DNA from: a virus
Lineage: Duplodnaviria; Caudoviricetes
Length of the DNA: 64,000 nucleotides
Virus record (IMG/VR): IMGVR_UViG_3300038530_003247
Coordinates: 32,001 to 96,000 of that record
Reading direction: 5' to 3' (one strand)
The number at the start of each line of letters is the position of its first letter. Position 1 is the first letter of the stretch. The translations under genes and the position numbers were made by a program. This document shows, piece after piece, positions 1 to 8,814 of this stretch. The notes below the pieces were generated by a model. That model worked only from the letters and a program-made list of their open reading frames with translations, did no database searches and was not told the origin of the DNA.

Positions 1-1
1 A

Positions 2-862
2 GCACTCGCCTGGGCCAAGAGAGTTGTCTTCGATCCTCTCAAAGAGAAGGGGATTACGATGCACCTTATGGCTGGTAATCATGATTGTTACTACAAGAAT
101 ACTAATTCTGTAACATCAGTCGACCTTCTTTTGAGTGAGTACGAAAATGTCAAAGTTTACACGGAAGCAACTGAAGTCAATCTGGAAGGAAGGGACATTC
201 TTTTCATCCCCTGGATCAACTCCGAAAATGAAAATGACGCTCTCAGCAAGATTAAGAATAGCACTAGCGAGTGCGCGATGGGGCACCTTGAGCTCAAAGG
301 ATTTAGAGCTCATCGAGGCTGCATCATGGAAGATGGTCTTGATGGCTCCGTCTTTGAGAAGTTCAGGGTGGTCTACTCGGGGCACTTTCACACTCGATCG
401 GATGATTCTCGAATCTTCTATCTCGGGAACCCCTACGAAATGTTCGCCAACGATGTACTCGATAAGCGTGGTTTTCACATCTTTGAAACAGAAACTCTTC
501 AGAAAACGGAAGTAAATAATCCTTACAGGATGTTCTATAACATCTACTTTGAGGATAGTGATTACCAACTTCTTGACACTTCAGAACTTTCTGATAAGAT
601 TGTCAAGGTGATTGTTCGTAAGAAGACAAACATTCAGAAGTTTGAGAAGTTTATTGATAAGATCTTTTCAGCTGGACCTGCTGAAATGAAGGTTGTTGAG
701 AACTTCCAGTTGATTGAAGCAGAGGACTTCGAAGCAGAGGAATCGGAGGACACCATGTCTATTCTGGCTCGTTATGTTGCCGAGTCTGAAACTGAACTCG
801 ACAAGGGTGTAATTCAGAATCTTATCCGAGAGGTCTACCAAGAAGCATGTGAGGTAATCTGA
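2..862 (+). CDS. gp47: Recombination endonuclease subunit gp47 (Mre11/SbcD-like), 5'-truncated by window edge
   Basis: Frame open from position 2; metallophosphoesterase motifs GNHD, GH, SGHFH; directly upstream of gp46. Confidence 0.93.
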   Translation, partial: ALAWAKRVVFDPLKEKGITMHLMAGNHDCYYKNTNSVTSVDLLLSEYENVKVYTEATEVNLEGRDILFIPWINSENENDALSKIKNSTSECAMGHLELKGFRAHRGCIMEDGLDGSVFEKFRVVYSGHFHTRSDDSRIFYLGNPYEMFANDVLDKRGFHIFETETLQKTEVNNPYRMFYNIYFEDSDYQLLDTSELSDKIVKVIVRKKTNIQKFEKFIDKIFSAGPAEMKVVENFQLIEAEDFEAEESEDTMSILARYVAESETELDKGVIQNLIREVYQEACEVI

Positions 863-1137
863 TGTTCATCATCACTATTCAGGGACACGAAAAGGAAGGA
901 GCTTACTCAGTCATCGATGAGGATGGTGAGGAGGTTTTGTATATCTTTGAAGAGGAAGATGATGCGATCCGTTATTCTCTTCAATTGGAGGAGATGGATT
1001 ATCCTAAGATGAAAGTGATGAGAGTTGAGAATGATATAATGGTGAAGACTTGTGAGATGCATGGACATCGTTATGCTGTAATCACAAAAAATGATATTGT
1101 AATTCCTCCTGAAATCCCACATGATCCTTTTTCATAA
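862..1137 (+). CDS. Conserved cyanophage hypothetical protein between gp47 and gp46
   Basis: Translationally coupled 91-aa ORF, FEEEDDAIRY motif. Confidence 0.75.
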   Translation: MFIITIQGHEKEGAYSVIDEDGEEVLYIFEEEDDAIRYSLQLEEMDYPKMKVMRVENDIMVKTCEMHGHRYAVITKNDIVIPPEIPHDPFS

Positions 1138-2833
1138 TGTATCCTGGCGTAACTTTCTGAGCACAGGTAACACACCTTCAACGGTTCAGTTGGACAGCCA
1201 TCCAACCACTATGATCATGGGATCCAACGGGGCTGGTAAGTCTACAATTCTTGATGCACTTTGCTTTTCACTTTATGGGAAAGCATTCCGTAAGATCAAT
1301 AAACCACAACTTGTGAATTCCGTCAATGAGAAAGGTTGTTTGGTGACAATTGAGTTCTCTGTGAATGAAACTCAATGGAAAGTTGAGAGAGGAATTAAAC
1401 CAAACATCTTCAAGGTCTACAGAGACGGGAAAGAACTTGATCAGAAAGCAAATATTGCTGATCAACAGAAGTGGTTGGAACAAACTGTTCTGAAGATGAA
1501 TTATAAGAGTTTCACACAGATTGTGATTCTTGGATCTTCGACCTTTGTTCCTTTCATGCAACTTCCTATCAACTCTCGGAGAGAAGTTGTGGAGGACTTA
1601 TTGGATATCAAGATCTTCTCCTCAATGAATGTGGTCATTAAGGAAAAGATTCGAAACATCAAATCAGAAATCAAAACTCTTGAACTCAGAAAGGAGTCTT
1701 TGATCGATAAAGTTTCAATGCAAGAAGAATTCATTCGACAGATTGAACAGGACAGTAAGGAACTTATTGATGGTAAGTTGGCTAAGATCAGAGTCCTGGA
1801 ACAGGAGTCAGATGTAAAACTTGAAGAGAATAATCGACTGAACGGTGAGGTCAATAATCTCCGTGATGAGATGGTAAAGTTTGAAGGAGCGAGTGACGCA
1901 CTGAGGAAATATGGCACAATCAAAGGTAAACTCTCTCAGAAGATTTCTGCAATCGTTGAGGAACATAAGTTCTTCACAGAGAATACTGTTTGTCCCACCT
2001 GTGAACAGGATATAGAAGAGTCATTTCGTGTAAATAGAATTGGAGACTCTCAAAATAAGGCAAAGGAATTGCAGAAAGGGTTCGAAGAACTCAAGCTGGC
2101 AATCGAAAAAGAAGAACAAAGAGAGTCCAACCACAAGTCGATTTCACTGGAGGTTACTTCACTTCTTAATGGCATTTCTAAGAACCATACTCAAATCTCT
2201 TCATGTCAGAAACAAATCCGAGATCTTGAATCTGAAATTCAAACAATTAACGACAGATCAGAAGATAGAAATTCTGAACATGACAAGTTAGAGTCCTTTA
2301 GAAGGAGTCTCCAAGAGACTTACGAGGAACTCGGTAACCGGAGGGAGAGTGTTTCTTATCACGACTTCACCTACAGTCTTCTAAAAGACGGGGGAGTAAA
2401 ATCTAAGATCATCAAGAAGTACCTTCCTCTTATCAACCAGCAGGTTAACAAGTACCTGCAACGAATGGATTTTTACATCAACTTTAAACTGGATCAAGAG
2501 TTTAACGAGAAGATTGAAACTCCAATTCATGAAGACTTTACTTATGCTTCTTTCTCGGAGGGAGAGAAGGCAAGAATTGACCTTGCTCTGATTCTTGCCT
2601 GGAGAGAAGTAGCAAGGTTCAAGAACTCAGTCAATACCAATCTGATTTTGTTTGATGAGGTGTTCGATTCCTCACTCGATTCTGCTGGTTCTGAAGAGTT
2701 GATGAAGATTCTTCGTTATGTGATCAAGGATGCAAACGTCTTTGTTATCACGCATAAGACTGAAAACAGTGACAAGTTCTCAAGAGTTCTTGAGTTTGTC
2801 AAAGAAAAAGGTTTCTCTCGTGTAGTTTCTTGA
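1121..2833 (+). CDS. gp46: Recombination endonuclease subunit gp46 (Rad50/SbcC-like ATPase)
   Basis: Walker A GSNGAGKST, coiled coil, Zn-hook CPTC, signature FSEGE, Walker B LFDEVFD. Confidence 0.96.
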   Translation: MILFHNVSWRNFLSTGNTPSTVQLDSHPTTMIMGSNGAGKSTILDALCFSLYGKAFRKINKPQLVNSVNEKGCLVTIEFSVNETQWKVERGIKPNIFKVYRDGKELDQKANIADQQKWLEQTVLKMNYKSFTQIVILGSSTFVPFMQLPINSRREVVEDLLDIKIFSSMNVVIKEKIRNIKSEIKTLELRKESLIDKVSMQEEFIRQIEQDSKELIDGKLAKIRVLEQESDVKLEENNRLNGEVNNLRDEMVKFEGASDALRKYGTIKGKLSQKISAIVEEHKFFTENTVCPTCEQDIEESFRVNRIGDSQNKAKELQKGFEELKLAIEKEEQRESNHKSISLEVTSLLNGISKNHTQISSCQKQIRDLESEIQTINDRSEDRNSEHDKLESFRRSLQETYEELGNRRESVSYHDFTYSLLKDGGVKSKIIKKYLPLINQQVNKYLQRMDFYINFKLDQEFNEKIETPIHEDFTYASFSEGEKARIDLALILAWREVARFKNSVNTNLILFDEVFDSSLDSAGSEELMKILRYVIKDANVFVITHKTENSDKFSRVLEFVKEKGFSRVVS

Positions 2834-2865
2834 TGTTGTGTTTACCTTTGTGTATTTTTTACAAA

Positions 2866-2881
2866 TGTTAGTAAATTAACA
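2866..2881 (+). promoter_or_regulatory. Palindromic TGT-N10-ACA (NtcA-like) site
   Basis: TGTTA-GTAAAT-TAACA; near-identical copy at 37745. Confidence 0.4.
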
Positions 2882-2921
2882 CAAACTTCACTAAATAATG
2901 ACGTTGTTAGGAATTCACTGA

Positions 2922-3095
2922 ATGATTTGGGACTTACTTTGGAAAGTAAAGAAATTTGATTCTTCCGAACAAATCGTGGATGTTATCCAAGATACACAAG
3001 ACGATCAATTATCTAATTACTACCAATGTATAGTTGAGTGTGACCTGGAGCAACATGTTTGTAAACGGAGGTGTAAACATCTTCTTCTTACTTAG
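2922..3095 (+). CDS. Small Cys-rich protein (57 aa), not in ORF track
   Basis: MIWDLLWK...YYQCIVECDLEQHVCKRRCKHLLLT; TAAATA at 2892 upstream. Confidence 0.7.
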   Translation: MIWDLLWKVKKFDSSEQIVDVIQDTQDDQLSNYYQCIVECDLEQHVCKRRCKHLLLT

Positions 3096-3185
3096 TTTTA
3101 TTTTTCCCCAAGGAGGACAAAACCGAGTGCCCCGTCGAGAGGTGGGGATGGTGACTGAAATGCTAAATTGAGTTACAAGGCGCCG

Positions 3186-3211
3186 AACCACCCCCCTTGG
3201 GGTGGTTTTTT
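3186..3211 (+). terminator. Rho-independent terminator
   Basis: AACCACCCC-CCTT-GGGGTGGTT followed by T run. Confidence 0.8.
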
Positions 3212-3243
3212 ATGTTATGGTGTAACCACTGAAACGAACAACC

Positions 3244-5319
3244 ATGATCAACCTGGAAACCAAGGGAATTCTGGCTAAACTTCTGGCCACTGAGAACTTG
3301 GTGGTTGAGCACCAAAGCGTTGAGACTGCATGTTTCAACGTTGAGAACCGTGTTCTGACCCTCCCTAAGTGGGAGAAGGCATCCGAAGAGGTTTATGACC
3401 TTCTGGTGTGTCATGAAGTTGGTCATGCACTCTTCACCCCCAACACCGATTGGGAAACAGAAATTAAAGCAAGCCAATCTTACCTGAACGTTACTGAAGA
3501 TGCAAGGGTTGAGAAACTAATGAAACGTAAGTTTGGTGGGCTTCCAAAGACCTTCTTCAAAGGTTATCAAGAACTGTCTGAGCAGGACTTCTTTGACCTT
3601 GAGAATGAGGATATCGCCAAGATGAACTTAGTTGACCGTGTCAATCTTCACTTCAAGATTGGTCACTTCGTTGAGATTCCTTTTCACAACGATCGTGAAC
3701 TTGAGATTGTTGATCTCGTCTCCAAGTCTGAGACCTTTGAAGATGCTTTGAACGCAGCTGAGGTTCTTTACGAGTATTGTAAAGAGCAGAAGCAAGATAA
3801 GATTCAAGAACCAAAAGAAGCTCCTCAAGGTCAATCTGGATCTTCTCAAGAAGAATCTAAAGGTGGGACCTCTTCTCAATCACAATTTGAGAACAATGAA
3901 GATTCTGAGACAGAACAGGATGGTGAAGGTGAAAGTGATGACATTGAGGATGGAGAGTATGGTGACGATGAGGTGAAGACGGATAACGCTTTCACAGAGA
4001 ACGCCAAGAAGTTCATCAATAAGAACAAGTTTGGTAATAGTAAGTATTACGAACTTGGTGAACTCTACATGAACAACATTGTTATTTCAAACAAAGAGAT
4101 TCATCAAACCGCTGACTCCTGGTTCTCTGATTATGTGAACAACGAACTCTCTTTTACTGACAGTGAGTTCAACTTTTTCAAGAAGTCTGCACAATCTGAA
4201 GTCAACTTCTTGGTAAAAGAATTTGAGATGAAGAAGTCAGCTGACGAATATGCAAGAACTTCTGTCACCAAGACTGGTGTTCTTGATTGTTCTAAACTTC
4301 ACAGCTTCAAGTACAGTGAAGATCTTTTCAAGAAGATCAATGTTGTCCCTGATGGTAAGAACCATGGTCTGATCTTCATCCTTGATTGGTCTGGTTCGAT
4401 GGGCAATGTTCTCCTCCCCACTCTTAAGCAACTGTTCAATCTGATCTGGTTCTGTGACAAAGTTCAGATCCCATTTGATGTTTACGCTTTTACCAACTCT
4501 TACAGGTTTATCAATCGTTATGATCAAGATGCTGAACCGTGCAGTAAAGTCGTTGAAGGTAAGATTGCAATCACACCAGACTTCTCTCTAATGAACCTTC
4601 TTACAAGTAAAGTTCGTAAGAATGTTCTTGACAAACACATGAAGAACCTCTGGAGACTTGCTTATTCCTTCACCAGGGCTGTGAGATTCACTTTCCCTCC
4701 ACAACTTGGACTTTCTGGAACTCCTTTGAATGAGGCACTTATCTGTCTTCACAAACTGATCCCTCAGTTCAAGAAGGAAAATAATGTCCAGAAACTTCAC
4801 ACCATTGTCCTCACTGATGGTGAGGCACATTCCTTGTCTGTTTATGACAGGAGGTGGAATGATTATCGGAACAAGTGGGAAGTCACAACAAGTTACCTTA
4901 CTCATGGTGGTGATTATCTCCGTAATCGTAAGACCGGTTATACTTACAAATTGCCAAGTGTTTATGTTGAGTTCACCAAAGTTATTCTTGATGATCTTCG
5001 TCAAACATTTCCTGATATTAATCTGATTGGAATTCGTGTTTGTTCAACTCGTGACATTCGTAGAGTGAAGCAGATGTTTGGTGAGTGGTGTAGTGACACT
5101 GAAGTGAAAAATATTAGGAAAGAGAAATTTCACACAATGAAGAACACTGGTTACACCAGTTACTTTCTTATGGTTGACAGTGCACTTGAAACTGACACCA
5201 CATTTGATGTGAGTGTGGATGCCACAAAGACACAGATAAAGAGAGCGTTTATGAAAAGCCTCAAGGGTAAGGCACTAAATAAAAAAGTGCTAAGTCAGTT
5301 CATGGACCTGGTTTGTTAA
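3244..5319 (+). CDS. HEXXH metallopeptidase-like / VWA domain protein (CobT-like partner of the AAA+ ATPase)
   Basis: HEVGH, acidic linker, MIDAS DWSGS, GTPL, LTDGE. Confidence 0.85.
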   Translation: MINLETKGILAKLLATENLVVEHQSVETACFNVENRVLTLPKWEKASEEVYDLLVCHEVGHALFTPNTDWETEIKASQSYLNVTEDARVEKLMKRKFGGLPKTFFKGYQELSEQDFFDLENEDIAKMNLVDRVNLHFKIGHFVEIPFHNDRELEIVDLVSKSETFEDALNAAEVLYEYCKEQKQDKIQEPKEAPQGQSGSSQEESKGGTSSQSQFENNEDSETEQDGEGESDDIEDGEYGDDEVKTDNAFTENAKKFINKNKFGNSKYYELGELYMNNIVISNKEIHQTADSWFSDYVNNELSFTDSEFNFFKKSAQSEVNFLVKEFEMKKSADEYARTSVTKTGVLDCSKLHSFKYSEDLFKKINVVPDGKNHGLIFILDWSGSMGNVLLPTLKQLFNLIWFCDKVQIPFDVYAFTNSYRFINRYDQDAEPCSKVVEGKIAITPDFSLMNLLTSKVRKNVLDKHMKNLWRLAYSFTRAVRFTFPPQLGLSGTPLNEALICLHKLIPQFKKENNVQKLHTIVLTDGEAHSLSVYDRRWNDYRNKWEVTTSYLTHGGDYLRNRKTGYTYKLPSVYVEFTKVILDDLRQTFPDINLIGIRVCSTRDIRRVKQMFGEWCSDTEVKNIRKEKFHTMKNTGYTSYFLMVDSALETDTTFDVSVDATKTQIKRAFMKSLKGKALNKKVLSQFMDLVC

Positions 5320-5397
5320 GGTTCGTTTCGATCCCCTCACATCCCTTGTTTTGGGGGTGAGGGGTGTTATGATATCTGTATTGAACAAACAACTCTC

Positions 5398-6468
5398 ATG
5401 TCCCTTTCCACTAAAACCGTTGTTGAGTCCCTCATGGAACTCTATGGTGAGAGTGTAACCACAGCTGATCTCAAGGGATATGCTGCCATGAATGGAACCA
5501 CTTATGTAACCCTGACTCGTAAGTTGGAAGAGTATAAGATTGGTCGTGGTAAGTGGAACCTCACCGTCAAACAAAAACTCGAAGAGACCTATAATGCTCT
5601 AGACGCAAAACCAGTGAGTGTTAAGAACCTGGTCCCAGAATGTGATCCAAACTATATTCCCTTTGGAAACTTCGCAGATGTTAAACGCATTATCAAGTCT
5701 GGTATTTTCTATCCTACTTTTGTTACAGGACTTTCTGGCAATGGTAAGACCCTCTCGATTGAGCAAGCATGTGCTCAACTCGGACGTGAGATTATTCGTG
5801 TTAACATTACAATCGAAACTGACGAAGACGATCTTATTGGTGGTTTCCGTCTTGTTGGTGGCGAAACTGTCTTTCATCGTGGCCCTGTCGTCGAAGCTCT
5901 TGAACGTGGAGCTGTTCTACTTCTAGACGAACTTGATCTCGCATCGAACAAGATCATGTGTCTCCAGTCCATCCTTGAGGGTAAGGGTGTTTACTTGAAG
6001 AAAGTCAATGAGATGGTCAAACCCGCTGATGGTTTCCAAATCTTCGCCACAGCAAACACCAAAGGTAAGGGATCTGAGGATGGTCGATTCATTGGAACTA
6101 ATGTTCTCAATGAGGCATTCCTTGAACGTTTTCCTGTCACCTTCGAGCAAGAGTATCCTACCCCTTCCACTGAAGCAAAGATTCTCTCTAAGATCTGTGC
6201 TGATACTCGATTTGTTTCTCACCTGGTTGATTGGGCTGACATTATCCGTAAGACATTCAATGATGGTGGTGTTGATGAGGTTATCTCAACCCGTCGTTTG
6301 GTTCACATCGTCAAGGCTTATTCAATCTTTGGTAACAAACAGAAAGCACTTGAAGTTTGTGTGAACCGATTTGATGATGAGACCAAACAAGCATTTATTG
6401 ATCTTTATGATAAGGTCGATGGTGACTTTGTGACTCAACAGATTGACACTTATCGGAATGAGGGTTAG
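5398..6468 (+). CDS. cobS: CobS/MoxR-like AAA+ ATPase
   Basis: GLSGNGKT, LLLDELD, TANTKG, AFLERF; usual cyanophage position. Confidence 0.88.
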   Translation: MSLSTKTVVESLMELYGESVTTADLKGYAAMNGTTYVTLTRKLEEYKIGRGKWNLTVKQKLEETYNALDAKPVSVKNLVPECDPNYIPFGNFADVKRIIKSGIFYPTFVTGLSGNGKTLSIEQACAQLGREIIRVNITIETDEDDLIGGFRLVGGETVFHRGPVVEALERGAVLLLDELDLASNKIMCLQSILEGKGVYLKKVNEMVKPADGFQIFATANTKGKGSEDGRFIGTNVLNEAFLERFPVTFEQEYPTPSTEAKILSKICADTRFVSHLVDWADIIRKTFNDGGVDEVISTRRLVHIVKAYSIFGNKQKALEVCVNRFDDETKQAFIDLYDKVDGDFVTQQIDTYRNEG

Positions 6469-6471
6469 GAT
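6443..6471 (+). promoter_or_regulatory. Sigma70-type early promoter
   Basis: TTGACA-N17-TAGGAT. Confidence 0.6.
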
Positions 6472-6493
6472 TAAACTAACTAAGTGAAATTTT

Positions 6494-6958
6494 ATGGCTG
6501 GACCTACTGAAAATGAGTTTTCAGAATTGCTGCGAGAGGGGTTTGAATATACCCCTCCCGTTGATTCTTATGAACACACTCCTGAATATTATGATCGAAC
6601 AAGAAACATTGATCCAAATCGAGAGGAACGCCACTTGAGTCTTAATTTCGACAAGGTTAGTCCTGCACATTACTGGAAGTATAGTGAAGATTTGACTCTT
6701 AATGAGGTCAAAGAATACTTGTCAGGAACTTATAGATCGCATTATACTTCTAAGGACTCAAAGACACAAACTCTTGATTTGATTGAGAGTATTGGTGATG
6801 GTGAAGCATTCTGCCGTTCAAATGCAATCAAATATCTTTCAAGATTTGGTAAGAAGGATGGTAAGTCTAAACGAGACATCCTAAAAGCAATTCATTATTG
6901 TATTCTTCTTTATCACTTCGCTGGACTTCACCAACAACAGAACAACTACAACTTCTAA
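6494..6958 (+). CDS. Conserved T4-like cyanophage protein (DUF3310-like)
   Basis: FCRSNAIKYLSRFGKKDG...DILKAIHY. Confidence 0.75.
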   Translation: MAGPTENEFSELLREGFEYTPPVDSYEHTPEYYDRTRNIDPNREERHLSLNFDKVSPAHYWKYSEDLTLNEVKEYLSGTYRSHYTSKDSKTQTLDLIESIGDGEAFCRSNAIKYLSRFGKKDGKSKRDILKAIHYCILLYHFAGLHQQQNNYNF

Positions 6959-6961
6959 TAA

Positions 6962-7627
6962 ATGAAACTCTCTGAAACTACATTGAACCTTCTGAAGAAC
7001 TTTAGTTCTATCAACCAGTCTATTCTGTTTAAGTCTGGAACAAAGCTTCGGACGATTTCGGTGATGAAGAATATCTTGGTTGAAGCTACCGTCACTGAAG
7101 ACTTTCCTCGTGACTTTGGTATCTATGACCTGAACCAGTTCCTCCAAGGAATGTCACTTCACTCTTCTCCTGAACTTGACTTTGCTGAAGATGAGTTTGT
7201 GACTATCCGAGAAGGTAAGATGCGTTCTAAGTATTTCTTCGCTGACCCCTCTGTCATCGTGTCTCCTCCAGAGAAAGAGATCAATCTTCCGTCTGAGGAT
7301 GTGTCTTTTGATTTGACATCACAACAACTGGAGAAGTTGAAGAAGGCTGCGTCTGTTTACCAACTCCCTGACATCTCGGCCATTGGTGAGGCTGGTGTTG
7401 TTAAGTTGGTTGCTCGTGATAAGAAGAATGGAACTTCTAATGACTTCTCCATTGTTGTTGGTGAGACAGATCAAGAGTTTGTCTGTAACTTTAAAGAAGA
7501 GAACCTGAAGATTATTCCTGGCAATTATGCAGTCACCATTTCCAGCAAACTTCTTTCTAAGTTTGAAAACACAGGATTGGATGTTGTTTACTATGTCGCT
7601 CTCGAACCTGACTCGAAGTTCAACTAA
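6962..7627 (+). CDS. gp45: Sliding clamp gp45
   Basis: MKLSETTLNLLKNFSSINQS, FGIYDLNQFL, YYVALE; size and position. Confidence 0.95.
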   Translation: MKLSETTLNLLKNFSSINQSILFKSGTKLRTISVMKNILVEATVTEDFPRDFGIYDLNQFLQGMSLHSSPELDFAEDEFVTIREGKMRSKYFFADPSVIVSPPEKEINLPSEDVSFDLTSQQLEKLKKAASVYQLPDISAIGEAGVVKLVARDKKNGTSNDFSIVVGETDQEFVCNFKEENLKIIPGNYAVTISSKLLSKFENTGLDVVYYVALEPDSKFN

Positions 7628-7958
7628 GCCGATTAATCAACCAGATCCTTATATTCTGTTTCTTGAAAATTGGATACCTGGTATAGGTGAAGACACTAAA
7701 CTCCATGACCAACTTCATATTCATTTTGGTCTTGGATTTAGTGTAAATGATGAAGCAAGACTACTTGGATTTCAATTGGGACACCACCCAGCAGGAAATT
7801 TCATTCATGTTGTTGTTTTTTCAATCATGAGTCTTACGATATATCCAAAAGATTATCGTAATACTTGGAAGGACGTGACAGATTTTTATCAGGCATATTT
7901 GATTGGTAAATACTGGCAGTCTGTGTCATACTGGTTTATACCAAAAACAATATTATGA
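7593..7958 (+). CDS. Hypothetical protein (start uncertain, overlaps gp45 end)
   Basis: Fills the gp45-speD gap; ATGA overlap with speD. Confidence 0.55.
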   Translation: MSLSNLTRSSTKPINQPDPYILFLENWIPGIGEDTKLHDQLHIHFGLGFSVNDEARLLGFQLGHHPAGNFIHVVVFSIMSLTIYPKDYRNTWKDVTDFYQAYLIGKYWQSVSYWFIPKTIL

Positions 7959-8290
7959 GACATATTCTCTTCACTTTGAAGGGTTGTCCTTTTGGGTTGT
8001 TGGATGATGAGTCACATGTTCGTAATGTTCTTGCGAATGCTGCCACATTGTCTGAGAGTAAACTGCTCGGTGTTCAATCTCATAAGTTTCAACCTCAAGG
8101 AGTCACTGCTGTTGCTCTTCTTGCGGAGTCCCATATCTCTATCCACACATGGCCTGAGAAGGGTATGGCAATATGTGACGTTTTTACATGTGGTGAGCAC
8201 ACAAATCCTATGGCTGGGGTAAGATATGTGTATGAAGCCATGGGTGCTACAGACATGGTTTCTGAAATGTTTACGAGACCTTTTGAATGA
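7955..8290 (+). CDS. speD: S-adenosylmethionine decarboxylase proenzyme
   Basis: HKFQPQGVT, LAESHISIHTWPE (E|S autocleavage), DVFTCG. Confidence 0.95.
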   Translation: MRHILFTLKGCPFGLLDDESHVRNVLANAATLSESKLLGVQSHKFQPQGVTAVALLAESHISIHTWPEKGMAICDVFTCGEHTNPMAGVRYVYEAMGATDMVSEMFTRPFE

Positions 8291-8814
8291 ACATCTTCGT
8301 CACAAGCCCAAGTCCTCACGAAAGTGCAATTGCACTCCCTGATAAACATATCGTCAAGATGCCTCTGGAGACTTGTCAGATGCTTTCCATTGTTTGTTCT
8401 GATAAGTGGGGTCATGGGTTTGGGACTCTCCCTAAGGCTGACGGGACACCTTATGCGACCGACAAAGGTGCCTTCCGTAATCACCCTTGTACGGTCTGGG
8501 CTAACTCTTTTGTGATGAACTGGCAGTGGCTTCTCCATCATGGTCTTGCTCTCTGTGAGGAGTATAGAGTTCGATATGGTAAAATACACACATGCCACAA
8601 CACACTTCTTGAGGCAAAGAAGATTCTACCTACAGGAGATCCCACAGGACGATCTGGAAAGAGTCCTGAAAATTTTGTCTTTGCTGGACCTGATGAGTTT
8701 AAGCTGGACACATCGATAGACATCTATGACAAATACAAGATGTACATTTCATCTAAACCTTGGGTGAAGGATAATTATCTTCGTCTTCCTGATCGTAAAC
8801 CGGAGTGGGTATGA
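8287..8814 (+). CDS. Pyrimidine dimer DNA glycosylase-like protein
   Basis: MNIF...DKHIVKMPLETCQMLS, NHPCTVW, LCEEY..RYGKIH. Confidence 0.75.
   Translation: MNIFVTSPSPHESAIALPDKHIVKMPLETCQMLSIVCSDKWGHGFGTLPKADGTPYATDKGAFRNHPCTVWANSFVMNWQWLLHHGLALCEEYRVRYGKIHTCHNTLLEAKKILPTGDPTGRSGKSPENFVFAGPDEFKLDTSIDIYDKYKMYISSKPWVKDNYLRLPDRKPEWV

Noticed and set aside
3113-3180. c-di-GMP-I riboswitch
   Set aside because: The GNRA hairpin is similar, but the GGCAAA and GCAAAG junctions and a proper second stem are missing.
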